Shown: in pieces, positions 52,401 to 64,000 of the stretch
How the letters are laid out: every line of letters starts with the position of its first letter
How positions within the stretch are numbered: position 1 is the first letter of the stretch
Source: Owenia fusiformis
Lineage: Eukaryota
Direction of reading: 5' to 3'
DNA: 64,000 nt
Assembly (NCBI GenBank): GCA_903813345.2
Contig: CAIIXF020000001.1
Span: forward strand, 2,046,001-2,110,000
Translations under genes and position numbers: made by a program
Notes under the pieces: generated by a model
Database searches by the model: none
Told to the model about the DNA's origin: nothing
What the model saw: only the letters and a program-made list of their open reading frames with translations

Positions 52401-55400
52401 TACATTTATGTGTTCATATACAAACTACAAGTACATTTATGTGTTCATATACAAACTACAAGTACATTTATGTGTTCATATACAAACTACAAGTACATTT
52501 ATGTGTTCATATACAAACTACAAGTACATTTATGTGTTCATATACAAACTACAAGTACATTTATGTGTTCATATACAAACTACAAGTACATTTATGTGTT
52601 CATATACAAACTACAAGTACATTTATGTGTTCATATACAAACTACAAGTACATTTATGTGTTCATATACAAACTACAAGTACATTTATGAGTTCATATAC
52701 AAACTACAAGTACATTTATGTGTTCATATACAAACTACAAGTACATTTATGTGTTCATATACAAACTACAAGTACATTTATGTGTTCATATACAAACTAC
52801 AAGAACATTTATGTGGTCATTTACAAACTACAAGTACATTTATGTGTTCATATACAAACTAAAAGTACATTTATGTGTTCATATACAAACTACAAGTACA
52901 TTTATGTGTTCATATACAAACTACAAGTACATTTATGAGTTCATATACATATGCACTACCTTTTGGTTTCTCTTGAACAACTTCATCTTCCTCCTCTGAA
53001 CTCTCTTCTTCTTGTACCTTCTTGGTTTTCTTTGTAACTTTGGGCTCAATATCATCAAATAGACCTCCTCCCTGTAACAGACAATTTGTAGTTTATCAAG
53101 GATCAGGTTTAAAGCTGCTGTATGATATTACAACAATTTAGCACTTCGAAAAAATGAGATAAAAAGTGATAACTGGATAAAAGTACAAATCTTTTAATGC
53201 TAGTTTTGATGATTTCAGCATAGCTTACCCCAGTGTCATTATCATCATCAAATAGACCTGCACCAGTGTTACTGAACAGACCTCCTTTTGAGCTGAATGG
53301 ATCATCATCTTCAGGGGCTCCAAACAAGTCATCTGAAAAACAATACATTGTATGGGCTTCATTTTAGTTTTTCACATTTATATACATAATTAAAACATTG
53401 TCCAAGCTTATCATCAATTAAACATTTCTAGTATTCATCAAAATATGTACACGAAAAATATTTGAACTGAATTTAATAGCAGTTGCGTGTAATTGAAAAA
53501 AATTGTGTACCATCTTGCTTGACTTCTTTTTTGCCTTTTTGCTTTGACTTTTCCTTCTTCACACTGTCAGCTCTTTTCTTCTTTTCTTTCTTTGTCTCTG
53601 CAATGTCAGACACAACATGATCGTTTCTTTATTTAAAAGTAAAACAATACAATTCTGGATCAGAACAATTTAAAATGAAAAAGTACATGTGAATGTATGC
53701 CTTACTTTTTCCTATTTCCTCTACTTTCTATTATATTCAGTTTAGTTTTGATAAATAAGTATTTACACAACACAATCATTTCTATAATCATATTCTATTA
53801 AAAGTTCATCTATCAGAGAGAATTTAAGAGCAATCTAAATCTATTGATTTATGGTGAAAATATTTCTTGATCAAAAAAGAAAATGAAGAAGTACATTTGA
53901 ATGTATGACTTATTTTTGTCCTTTTTCTTTACTTTCTATGACTGTGAGTTTAGCAAATAAGTTGTTATTCAAATTAAACTTGTTCTAATGAATGACAGAA
54001 TTAATCTTCTGGGAAGTTGTTTCAAATGAGTCTTGATGCTATAAAAATGGTATAAAACAAAAATAAAGTGACTCCTGAATAAGTAAAAATCATGCAAAAA
54101 CATGAAAATATAAAAATGGAATGAAACAGTGAAAATAAATGCACACCTTTTGGAGGAGCCACTATCTCCTCTTCATCTTCTGATGAATCTGGCTGTTTTG
54201 ATGGTAATTTCAATTTTGAAGCCAATTCACTTTGAAGTGTTGATTTCTGAAATTAGAGTATTTGAACATAATTAATATCTGTCAAGGACCAGTATGTTCA
54301 TTAAATGTGAAACCTTTGAAAGCTTCTTCCTATCTAAATTAATAACAATGCAATATTAAGGAGGCAGTTAAAGCAGAACATTTTTTTGTTTTCAATTCAT
54401 GTATTTGCAGAAATAAATCATTATCACAGACTCACTAAATTCTTTTTATGAATCCTCATCTAATAAACAAACAAAAAACAATCAAACAAACAAATGCTGG
54501 ATACCTTTGGGGGTTCATCATCAAGTTCATCTTCACTGATTTCATCTGATGAAGTTCCAGCTCCAAACAGATCTTCTTTCTGTAAAAATGTTCCACAAAT
54601 TTATGAATTCAGCCACTTATTTAACACACATACATACAATATTATTCAATTTAATTAGAAGTAGGAGGCGAAGTAGACATTAAATATGTTCTACTCAAAT
54701 ATGGAATCTTTGTTAGAACTATCAAATCTTGTCAGAATGTTTATATCATTAAGAAATACATGATTGATGTATACAATCACTCAAACCACTTTACATGCTT
54801 ACAAGTACATACTTCATAAACATGCAGTTAAATGGCATTCCCTTTAAACTTTAATATGCAAGCCTTTTAGCTAAAAAAACTAGAAATGCTAAAACGTAAC
54901 AGAAAAGTGTGCTTTACCTTATTCTCCTTAATCTCTTTAGGTTTAAACATATCCCCATCTTCATCAGAGTCTGTTTCTGAACCAGTTTCAGTTGTGTACT
55001 ATAACATGCAACATACAACTAAACAACAGGAGGAAATACCCAGAATTCATAGATGAACCTAGAGTCTATGTAAATAAATATATGGAGATTGGTTTATCTA
55101 TGAATTCTGGGGTATGCCCCCCTCTTCAACTCAAGCATGCATAAACTAGGCATTCACTTGTCGTCCTGCATCAGGCCATTGTTGCTGAATAGTATGCAAG
55201 ACTAAGCTTAAACAAGGCACTAACAAAATAAAATGTGACGGCCTGGCTGGAATAACAAAACTGTAACAGTTTGTCACAGATGCTGAATTCTGAATGCCAG
55301 TTGCAAAAATATAGCTATAACAAAACAATATGTCCTTGGCGACATTTAAATCAAATAAAAAGATGCTAACAAAAATAAAATGTTTATACTATTCGCCGTT

Positions 55401-58400
55401 GTCATTCATGATAATTATCAAATCTCACATGCTCATACCTCTGATTCTGAGTCTGATACTGTAATACCAGGTTTAGTCTCTCCTATATCTGAATCTTCAT
55501 CTTCAGTTTCACTGATACTGCCCTGGTCAGACTCGGACTCATCTTCTGCAAGCAACAATCATTTCATTCAATGTACAGTAAAACTTGTCTCATTTGGAAT
55601 CCCACTGGGATGGGCCAAAAGTGTTTGTATTGGAAGGTTTCACATTTCAAGGTATTCTAATGTATTCAAAAATGTGACTGAAAAGGTGTTCACATTGAGA
55701 GGTGTTCACATTGAGAGGTGTTCATATTATAGAGATGTTTGGATATACAGTTTTTACCGTAATTCTAACTTTTTATTACATACAAACATTTATACATATT
55801 TTAGGAATGATTCAGTCAGGTCAGGTATTTCTCAAGGGGCAATGCAAAACTAGCTTTATATGAATAACATATGACACAAACATAATATCCCTTGTAAAAT
55901 TAGTTCACCTGATAGAGATTCAACGAGTCCAACATTGTCATCTTGAGCAAATTGTGCTGAGCCAATCAAATAAGGTAGTGGTCTCGACAAGTACAAGTCC
56001 TGAAAAGTCAATAACTTAAAAATATGGCACATGGTAAAGTATCCTGACTAACTTTCATGTGTTTGTTCATAATTCAAATGTTTATGCTTTCCTGAAAATG
56101 CACATAGGACATTAAAATCTTCCAAGCATAAACATTTTAACTAATCAGTAACAAATGCTTATTTATTTACATTTCTCAAAAGTTGGCATTGATCTAGGTT
56201 TGGATGTGTTTCCTTACTATCATCATATACTTTTCATTTCTTTTATTATTGATAAACCAGGTTAGCATTTTGAAGGACTTTGTGTACTTTATATTCATAC
56301 ATCCTGCAAAGCTTAATTCAAAATAATATTTAGTTGATTCATGAAGTTTAATGCCTATTGCTGTTCTCTATTTTAATAGAAGCACATACAAAAATGTTGT
56401 ACCTTAGGCTCTAAGATGGGATCAGTTTTATATGTATTATCATCATCCTCATCAGAGTCTGACTGTCCAGCATTGACATCTAGCTTCTCAAATGCATTCT
56501 CTATGACATTGATTCCCATACCAACAGCTTCTGAGATTTTGGGAATAATTTCTGCCTCTTTTTCTTCTCTGGTTTTCTCTTTCTCATCTTTCTTTTCATT
56601 AACTTCATTGTCTTCTTGATTGACATCTTCATCATATACTCTATTCTCCACAAATTGTGTATTTGCCAGCATGATAAACTCATTGAACACATTGTGTACC
56701 TTTAAAGACACAGCCAAAAGCATTAAGCCAGACTTTTCATACAAAACCTAAGGTTACAAAATATGCTGCCTCAGAATCATGTTAACTTTTAGCTTGTTTA
56801 AAATGACTATTAGCACTTGGCAAGCCCTTATGTATCATTATTGCAACTGAAAAATAAATATGGATAAGTAATTGAAAAGTGTACCTTTGTTCCCGTGGCT
56901 TTTGTTTCATTGACGAGTCCATCAACCTGTTGTTCAATCTCATGTGTGCGAGCGATCATACGCTGGGAGAATTCTTGCAGATATAAAAGTAACTGAAAAA
57001 CAACAATTTAAAACTGATGTTTATACCAGTCATGGGAAATGCACTTTTTGAAACAGTGAAGAACTGTGACCCTTGATGAAAAATGTTGATCCATGGATAA
57101 ACTTTTGATTTATACTTAATTCTTAAATTCAAAGTATATCTCATGTCGTACATTTGTAGTTCATATAAAATGACAGTACAAGTAATCAATATTCATAATA
57201 AAAAAAAAAAACTACAGTAAAACTGTTTAATCCAGACACCACTGGGAGCAGCCAGTGTTTGGATTAGCAAGTGTTCACATTTAAAATTTTTTAATATGTG
57301 GGAGATAAAAAGAAATGAGACCACGAAACAGTGTTCAAATCAAGAGGAGTCCAGATGAGTGAAGGTTTTACTGTACACACCCCTGCATCTCCCGAAAGTG
57401 ACCAGTTCCCAGCTCCTTTTCTTATTTCCTCAACAGACCATGCTCTTTCCCAAGCTTTCCCTCCATCAGCAGTGGTTGTTGCTGCCTGTGGAGCCTCCAC
57501 TGGTGCTATTGGTCCATTCATCTGAAAAAAGGATGTAGAATTTTCATACTAAAAGAGGTGCTGGTGCTGTTTTAATGGCAACATTTACTGTTCCTGCATG
57601 TGCACTAATCTCAAAACTGGAAATCTAATTGATAAATAAAATCAACCAGGTGGGTATTATCGACCACCTTTCTTATTTGTCTGCTTTCACTTTGTTGTCC
57701 TTATTCGACAGACAGCCTTGACAGTTATTGCATCCTACGACCCCCCACAATCAAAAGTGGTCGGGATTCGATAACCGAGACCCTATCTGTTGCAAGACGT
57801 ACGCCTGGCGTAACCATCAACATGTTATTCAGTGTTTTTAAGTAGCGCAAGGATCCTGCCATGACTGTGGTAGTGTTATGGTGAAAGCCTGGTATAACCG
57901 CGACAATGCTGTATTATATTGCAATGCCTGCCATGACCATGACAATATAATCGTGTAAGCCTGGCGCGACCGTAGCCGCTTTATATGACATTTATGAATT
58001 ATTTCATGTTTTTCCCGTTGCTGTTATTAGTTTTTTATGGATTAACCTTATTAATTGATCATTATAGTAAGTATGTGCTTTTGAATCGAACCTTCTTGAA
58101 TGAGAGTAGAGATATTGTTGTTCGAAAATTATGAGTTTCGTTGTGAAATTAATATACATTTTTATGTATCAATGAACATGAGTACCATGTACATGTATTG
58201 TAGTCTTGATTTACATATTTAAGGTAGTTAAACACGAGGAAAATTGTTATTTAATACAACCACAGTCATGAGAGGCCTTGCAACTATTGTCCATTTTAGG
58301 ATTTAACCTTACCATGGTCATGACAGGCTTTAACATTGTCATGGTCATGACAGGCTCTGCAATCATTATGACTGTCATATCAGGCTTTAACATTACCACG

Positions 58401-59193
58401 GTCATGGCACGCCTTGCGAGCATTGTCACGGTTATAAGAGGCTTTAACATTATCACGGTCATGACAGGTCTTGCAACCATTGTCACGGTCATTTCAGGCT
58501 TTAACATTACCACGGTCATTACAGGCCTTGGAATATAATACAGCATTGTCACGGTTATACCAGGCTTACACGATAATACTACCACGGTCATGGCAGGATC
58601 CTTGCGCTACTTAAAAACACTGAATAACATGGTGACGGTTACGCCAGGCGTAAGTCTTGCAATAGATAGCATGTGCGATAACCTTGACAGTTCATCTTAT
58701 ATGGACCATTGGAAGGGAAAGCATTGATCAAACTATGAAAACTAAAGTGTGGTCGATATTACCTGTCTGGTTGATGTTTGATGGATGCACCTAAAATTTA
58801 TTGAACTGTCGCTGTGATTTTATTAGCGACAATTGAAGAATTCAAGATTTGTCATTACATTTGCGATTGGAAATGAAATTCAGATGATCTGATAAATCTC
58901 AAATCTATTTCACTTCTTTTGGGGTGATGATTTATGAGCAAAATAACTAGACCTGTAGATCTAGATAAGTGGTAAAAAACATTGAAAATAAAATGAAAGT
59001 TAGAATTGCAAAACCAGATACTTGCAGATTTTAAGAATCATAACCAACAAAATACAGCAAATGTGGCATCAAATTAATGCTTATTTAATGATCTACATTT
59101 AATACTTACAGAACCACCATTTTCTTCCCCCATAGGGGCACTAAACCCATCTAAAGCTGGGGGTGGGCCAGGAGGAGGCGGAGGTGGCGCCAT
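31450..59193 (-). CDS. WASHC2: WASH complex subunit 2 (FAM21), about 30 exons; first coding exon 59193-59110, last 31592-31450
   Basis: Head domain [24 protein letters not shown] / [24 protein letters not shown] / [23 protein letters not shown]. Many acidic LF (LFa) repeats. CPI motif [23 protein letters not shown] across the 41793-41972 intron. C-terminus [12 protein letters not shown]. Confidence 0.95.
33683..38435 (+). CDS. Secreted fibrinogen-related-domain protein (signal peptide, heptad coiled coil, FReD), nested in a WASHC2 intron; exons 33683-34016, 37786-38435
   Basis: [17 protein letters not shown] signal, VNDKV(E/K/D)E x4 and a phase-1 intron. FReD motifs: [51 protein letters not shown]. 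Confidence 0.9.
36146..37594 (+). mobile_element. HINE-like element carrying a tandem array of about 9 units of 120-150 bp
   Basis: 5' end AAACAAGGCATTAACATGACAAAATGTCACCACC. The array at about 36210-37430 is rich in TGACCTT/AAGGTCA. A CGCCGGA/CGCCAAC microsatellite lies at 37480-37520. The 3' hairpin is ATGTCACCAC-TTTTG-GTGGTGACAT, followed by an A run. Confidence 0.8.
39336..39877. mobile_element. Foldback MITE with TIRs of about 90 bp
   Basis: AAAGGTCCATGTGCAGTATGGCAAGTGATTTTAGACAGTCATATCTTTCAC at 39336 and its reverse complement ending at 39877. No clear TSD. Confidence 0.75.
40322..40965. mobile_element. Crypton-like non-autonomous repeat with a terminal hairpin of about 155 bp
   Basis: TTATTATGCACCTC at 40322 is inverted at 40803. 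A near-perfect stem at 40810-40965 is centred on CTCGGCTGCCGCCTCG. Confidence 0.6.
47007..47155 (+). mobile_element. Array-less copy of the HINE-like element
   Basis: Same 5' end (AAACAAGGCATTAACATG..AAATGTCACCACC) and 3' end (GGAGAC.ATAACA.TATGTCACCAC...GTGGTGACATAAAAA) as 36146-37594. Degenerate copies lie at about 46425-46580 and 55215-55350. Confidence 0.75.
52108..52950. repeat. 31-bp minisatellite, about 27 copies, in a WASHC2 intron
   Basis: Unit TACAAACTACAAGTACATTTATGTGTTCATA, nearly invariant. Confidence 0.97.
57641..58775. mobile_element. Outer TIR element hosting a nested foldback element, in WASHC2 intron 1
   Basis: ATCAACCAGGTGGGTATTATCGACCAC at 57641 matches the reverse complement of the end at 58775, ATCAACCAGACAGGTAATATCGACCAC. 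Confidence 0.6.
57786..58666. mobile_element. Foldback element with TIRs of about 150 bp, TA TSD and subterminal repeats of about 30 bp
   Basis: TA|TCTGTTGCAAGAC...GTCTTGCAATAGA|TA. Tandem CAGGCTTTAACATT.CCACGGTCATG-like units lie at about 58300-58590. Confidence 0.75.
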
Positions 59194-59215
59194 CTTGCCT
59201 ATGTCATGTGACTTA
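59185..59215 (-). promoter_or_regulatory. WASHC2 start region with a YY1-like motif over the ATG and an E-box
   Basis: AAGATGGCG on the minus strand at the start codon, and GTCATGTGAC immediately upstream. Confidence 0.4.
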
Positions 59216-59825
59216 TTTGAATCACCACATAAAAGCTTCACCAATTATTAAATATACGATATAACAGACCATTTGACGACCAGGAAGTTTGACCAATATA
59301 ATAGGAGTATTCGGAGAAAACATGACAGCTTTTGCTGGATTGTAATTCCTACATTTGAAAGCCAAATTGATCAGAGGCTGCACATTATTCAGTCCGTAAA
59401 GAATTTCAAATGGCACCGCGAAAGAAAAAATGTTTCAAATTCTCCACAAATTTGCCTGCAACACGGCTATTAGCGTTATTGATCTTGTTGAATGTGATAT
59501 TTGTAATAGTATACATATCTCATTTTACGGGTAAGTGACTAAAATACCACCGGAGAGGTGGGGAATCACTTGAAATGCAATTAAAAAAGTTTGTCAGATT
59601 TTTTTCTGAAAACAGCAGACAGCACAGGTAGATCTAGAAAGCAACTTACTTTTTCACCCATTGGAATACATGTAAAATTGGCAAAGTTCAAATCATAATT
59701 TCTCAAATCCCAGCCCATCGAATCCTCACATCCATTCAGATCATGTAGTCCTATTCAAAAACTTCCCGTTCGGTTATATGGTGAAAAAAATATCCCACGA
59801 ACGAAAAAAGATTCAATTTTGCAAA

Positions 59826-61619
59826 GGCCCAAATGCCCTAATACGTCACTTCCGCTGAATAGAAAAAAGTAGTATTCAAAAATAAATGTAGTCCCAACAC
59901 AATTGTGATCATGACGAGTCAGTAAGCTAGTATGTAGGCACAGTTGTCATCTTTTTGCAATGACAACATGCCATTTCTTCTGAAAATGCGTTTATTTGGG
60001 TTATCTGAAGGAAAATTTCGAGTCAAGTGGCGCACTAATTTTGCCTTGATTTTTGTGAATTTCAATTTGTGTCGGCAGAGAGAGGGGGTAGTGTCACAAT
60101 TGACCAATTATTTCAAAAAGTAGATGGTTGGCCCCTATTGAGTTTTTTGTCAAGATGTAGCTTAGACATAGCTTTAAAACCTCAGATAGGCCAGTGAGGC
60201 CACATAAATCCATAACTCGAGATAAAAAGTCAGGCGTTTGCCCTTTTGCCCATTGACTAGTATGGTGACGTGAATTAGGGCAGTTTGGCCTATTAGTCAC
60301 ATGTGAGAGTGACCAAAATTTTTTAAAACTACTCAGAATCGCCCAGAATTGAAGTTTATTAGTACGAAACATATTCTGGACGTAGGCAAAAAGGGGAATT
60401 TTCATGAACAAATTTAAAGTTTTTGCTGAATCAGCAGTTTTCGCTTTTTACCCCAAAAACCACTGATTTTGACGATATTTGGCCATAATTTCGTCCTTAA
60501 TGACCCCAAGATGTCATATGTTGTCGTAAATGGGGAAGCCAATGAGTTGCTGTTCATAATAAAGATTGGATTTTCCATCTTTTGGTTTCTAGTAAAAAAT
60601 GAAGGAACATATCAGGGGTACAGTCAGAGATTGGTCAGTTAAGTGTCAATTTTTGATGTATTTGTCCACTCTGAATGACCAAATTCGAGCTAAAACTATC
60701 TCAAAAGTCCCAATTCTCTAGGCCAGAGTCAAATCTGATCAAATTTGCCATCATTTTTCAAATCAGGAGGTTGTTGAATGAAATAAAATATCAAAAAAAT
60801 GATAATTTTCGTAAAATTTTGCCTAAGTTGGCCAAATTTGCCCAATTTTCTGGTTCATGGTTCAGTGATTTTGGCTAAAAATCGCAATATGCAATGAAAT
60901 ACTCAATTTCTTGACACGACATTGTAAAATGTCACCATCAGGCAGTAGATTTCATGATGTAAATGAAAAACTAGTCAAATTTAAAGGAAAACCATTGGGT
61001 TCTTGGAAAAATGACCCCAGGGGTAATAAAGTAGCCATATTTTTCATAATTGCTGTCAGAATATTCTTAAACTGCACAAAACAACTTGAAAAACTCTAGT
61101 AAATTGAAAAAAACGCAATTTCAAGCCAGAAATCATCCAACCATGTTGCTATTAGGCCCAAATGCCCTAATACGTCACTTCCGCTGAATAGAAAAAAGTA
61201 GTATTCAAAAATAAATGTAGTCCCAACACAATTGTGATCATGACGAGTCAGTAAGCTAGTATGTAGGCACAGTTGTCATCTTTTTGCAATGACAACATGC
61301 CATTTCTTCTGAAAATGCGTTTATTTGGGTTATCTGAAGGAAAATTTCGAGTCAAGTGGCGCACTAATTTTGCCTTGATTTTTGTGAATTTCAATTTGTG
61401 TCGGCAGAGAGAGGGGGTAGTGTCACAATTGACCAATTATTTCAAAAAGTAGATGGTTGGCCCCTATTGAGTTTTTTGTCAAGATGTAGCTTAGACATAG
61501 CTTTAAAACCTCAGATAGGCCAGTGAGGCCACATAAATCCATAACTCGAGATAAAAAGTCAGGCGTTTGCCCTTTTGCCCATTGACTAGTATGGTGACGT
61601 GAATTAGGGCAGTTTGGCC
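59826..61619. mobile_element. Composite element: two apparently identical 465-bp direct repeats (59826-60290, 61155-61619) around an 864-bp core
   Basis: No difference between the copies was seen by eye, and the ORF track gives an identical 62-aa translation in each. Each repeat is bounded by GGCC..A.TGCCCTAAT inverted ends. AAA flanks both outer ends. Confidence 0.85.
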
Positions 61620-61664
61620 AAAGGGGAGGGACAATTTCTGTAGTCTCTAAACCAAAGCGGGTTT

Positions 61665-61690
61665 GCTATTGGCTCACGCATGCGCAGACT
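61665..61690. promoter_or_regulatory. Possible promoter motifs (CCAAT box and NRF1-like site)
   Basis: ATTGG followed by CGCATGCGCA. No downstream gene was identified in the window. Confidence 0.3.
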
Positions 61691-63234
61691 GTATTTTTCT
61701 GAACTTCAATTTCTGACAGCGTGAAACGGTTAGTTTACTACATTTATATGTATTTGGTCACTTTGATGATACTTTATTCGTGACATTTGTAATCGTCCAT
61801 TATATTTCTTATATATTTCAGTGTGATTTTTTTGGGTATTGCAGTTTCTATGCAGAGATCGTGAAATTTTCCTATTATCGCCCGAAAAATAATATTTTTA
61901 GAATAGAATTAGCCTAATAGAAATCTATTTCAATTGAATTATTTGTACATTCCATTTAAAAACGGTACGGCATGGATGCAAAATTATAGGGGAACGGTAT
62001 GTGACCGGAAAAATGCTGGGGGCGGGATGGTGCATAGTGTGAAAAATTCTAGGGGGGGGGGGTAATCGGGTTGTCTCAGAAAAAAATCTGGGGTAGTGTT
62101 GACTATTGGAAGGGTGTATTACATATAAACATTCCTGTTGCGTGACCATTGCATTTATATGCCTTGTACTAGGGGGTGGGGGGGGGTGTCTTATGTATAA
62201 AAATTTCTTGGAGGGTCACATGTTGACCATAACATCCTAGGGTGTTTCACTTTTTGACTTTCTTTCCCGATCAACATGGAGTTTTTCCCAGTTGATCTCC
62301 TGGTAAAGAAAAGCAAGCACAAAAAGTTTCAGTCAAATCTGTTGACATTAGACCTTACCACATTTTCTGATGCCCATTTATCATAATGTTACAATAGTCT
62401 GCAAATTGCAGAAAATGTCATTTTCATCATAATGACGGGGGAGGGGTGTCTTTCGAGTCTGACCCTTGAGTATATTTTTTGAGCCTTACATTTATTTTCT
62501 TTTTCTCTCAAGTTCACAAAAATTGTGGCTGTGTTCACTTTGCTTGTTGAGTCAATTCAGGTAGAGATTACTGGATTAGGTTTACTCGAATATCTATTTT
62601 ATACAATTGCAGAACAGTATTAGAATAAAACACAGGGATTCATGTTTAGCATAAGGTAACAAAGGACGGACATGGTATTTCAGTATAATTTGACTTTCTA
62701 TTCTATTTATTCCTATTTGAGTCTCATTCTAAAGTGATTCGCCACTTCACAATGACTGAAGAGCTTCATACTCAAAGGTCTTTGAAATGCTGGTTGTTTA
62801 TTGCAGCCATTGCTAGTGTTGTTGCGATTAATCGATATAGCATTATGTACATCACGAAGTTGAAGAAGTATTACATATTTGTTGCTTTCATAGTTCTAGT
62901 GCATTTGTGTTTTGAATTTTAGTAGATTTTTTCTTAAACTTTCGCTCAATGTACATTGTGATATTCATCGATCTTAACTTCTGAAAAATTGCATATATTT
63001 CGATGCACAATTATGGCTCATCATTACAACACTAGAACTTTCTTCTATTTAACCAATAGGATAACATAAAATATATAAATATTTGAGAGGTAAAATTGTT
63101 TATTGTATGTATGTATAGGTTTATTGCCCTAATATAATTTAATTAGGAGATACATATTATTTATATGCAATTACAACAAATATAATAAAATTAACATATG
63201 GACAGACAACCTATTTACAAGATGTTTGTATATA

Positions 63235-63420
63235 CAGTAGAACCTGCTAAGTGGAACATCTCCATAAGTGGAACACCTTGCAAGTGGAACACTTTTTCAA
63301 AGTCCCGTTTTAAAAATCCATTGACTAAATGTTAATTGAACCTCTGTAAGTGGAACACCTCCAAACTTGAACAGTGAACACCCATTATTAAAAAATTAAC
63401 CTGCTCAGTTGAACAGTCAA
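63235..63420. mobile_element. Tigger/pogo-like element end
   Basis: TA|CAGTAGAACCTGCTAAGTGGAAC with repeated AAGTGGAACAC. The partner end was not found. Confidence 0.5.
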
Positions 63421-64000
63421 TTTCCATAAATTTCAATATTGATACTTATGTAAACAGAATTAACCTCCTATAGTGATATCTGGGTATGAAAACAGGTAAT
63501 AACGTGATAATTGGCAAATTAGGTTTTTTAATGGATTACCATTCAACAAATTGGATTAACCTCCTGTAGAGGTCAACGCATAATGCAACCGCTAATTAAT
63601 TTGATAATCAGCAAATTAGGATTTCATAAGATCATCCTTCAGAAAATTGGATTAACCTCCTGTAGAGATGGACATGTGATGCTACCACTAATTTATACCC
63701 CTTGCTGTTTGTTTCAAACTTGATAAGTAAGATTAAGAATGTCAGTTAAAAAACAATTGTTACATTGATTTTCTACATTCCACAGGTAGAATATGCGATA
63801 AACACATATCTCTTTATAAGCATTTGTAAACGGAAGCTTTAGTATGCTCCAAAGAAATGTCAGGCTTAAAAAATCTATGTACAGATCGACAACATATTAT
63901 TTTATCATATAAAGCACAGCTAATTGTTCATGTTGATTATATACAACACACAATACAGTAAAACATAAGTAAGAGAACAATAGTCCCATGTGAATGTAAA

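Noticed and set aside
52025..52999. ORFs of 221-269 aa in all three plus-strand frames
   Set aside because: Artefact of a stop-free 31-bp minisatellite in a WASHC2 intron.
58247..58591. Repetitive MTV/KP ORFs on both strands
   Set aside because: Translations of the subterminal repeats of a foldback element.
59826..61619. Canonical LTR retrotransposon or TRIM
   Set aside because: No TG...CA ends, no 4-6-bp TSD and no recognisable PBS or PPT. Kept as an unclassified composite instead.
59273..63000. Divergent plus-strand gene upstream of WASHC2
   Set aside because: A good donor at about 59531 and promoter-like motifs at about 61670 exist, but no coding exon chain could be assembled.

Overview
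AT-rich, intron-containing animal genomic DNA, probably a marine invertebrate (lophotrochozoan-like; the taxon is an inference). Six genes can be assembled by eye. In order: the 3' end of hunchback (+) with an inferred 3' UTR of about 2.5 kb; a pinocchio-like Cys-rich gene (-) head-to-head with RBBP8/CtIP (+); a secreted PAN/apple plus F-type-lectin gene (+); WASHC2/FAM21 (-, about 28 kb); and a secreted coiled-coil fibrinogen-domain gene (+) nested antisense in a WASHC2 intron. Non-coding DNA is dense with transposon relics whose ends and target-site duplications (TSDs) are still readable. These include a truncated LINE, a hAT derivative, Tc1-type MITEs, nested long-TIR elements, Helentron-like elements with tandem arrays, Crypton-like hairpins and three tandem-repeat arrays. 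Main points of interest: (1) the hunchback 3' UTR has two let-7 8-mer sites, a miR-125/lin-4 site and five Pumilio elements; (2) an A-B-A composite element whose modules each have their own inverted ends and share GGCC junctions; (3) a CAC...GTG element with about 500-bp TIRs; (4) CtIP keeps the SSPVFG BRCT-binding motif and has a UIM-like helix. No prokaryotic system, CRISPR array, rRNA or tRNA was seen. All calls come from reading the sequence; no database search was run.
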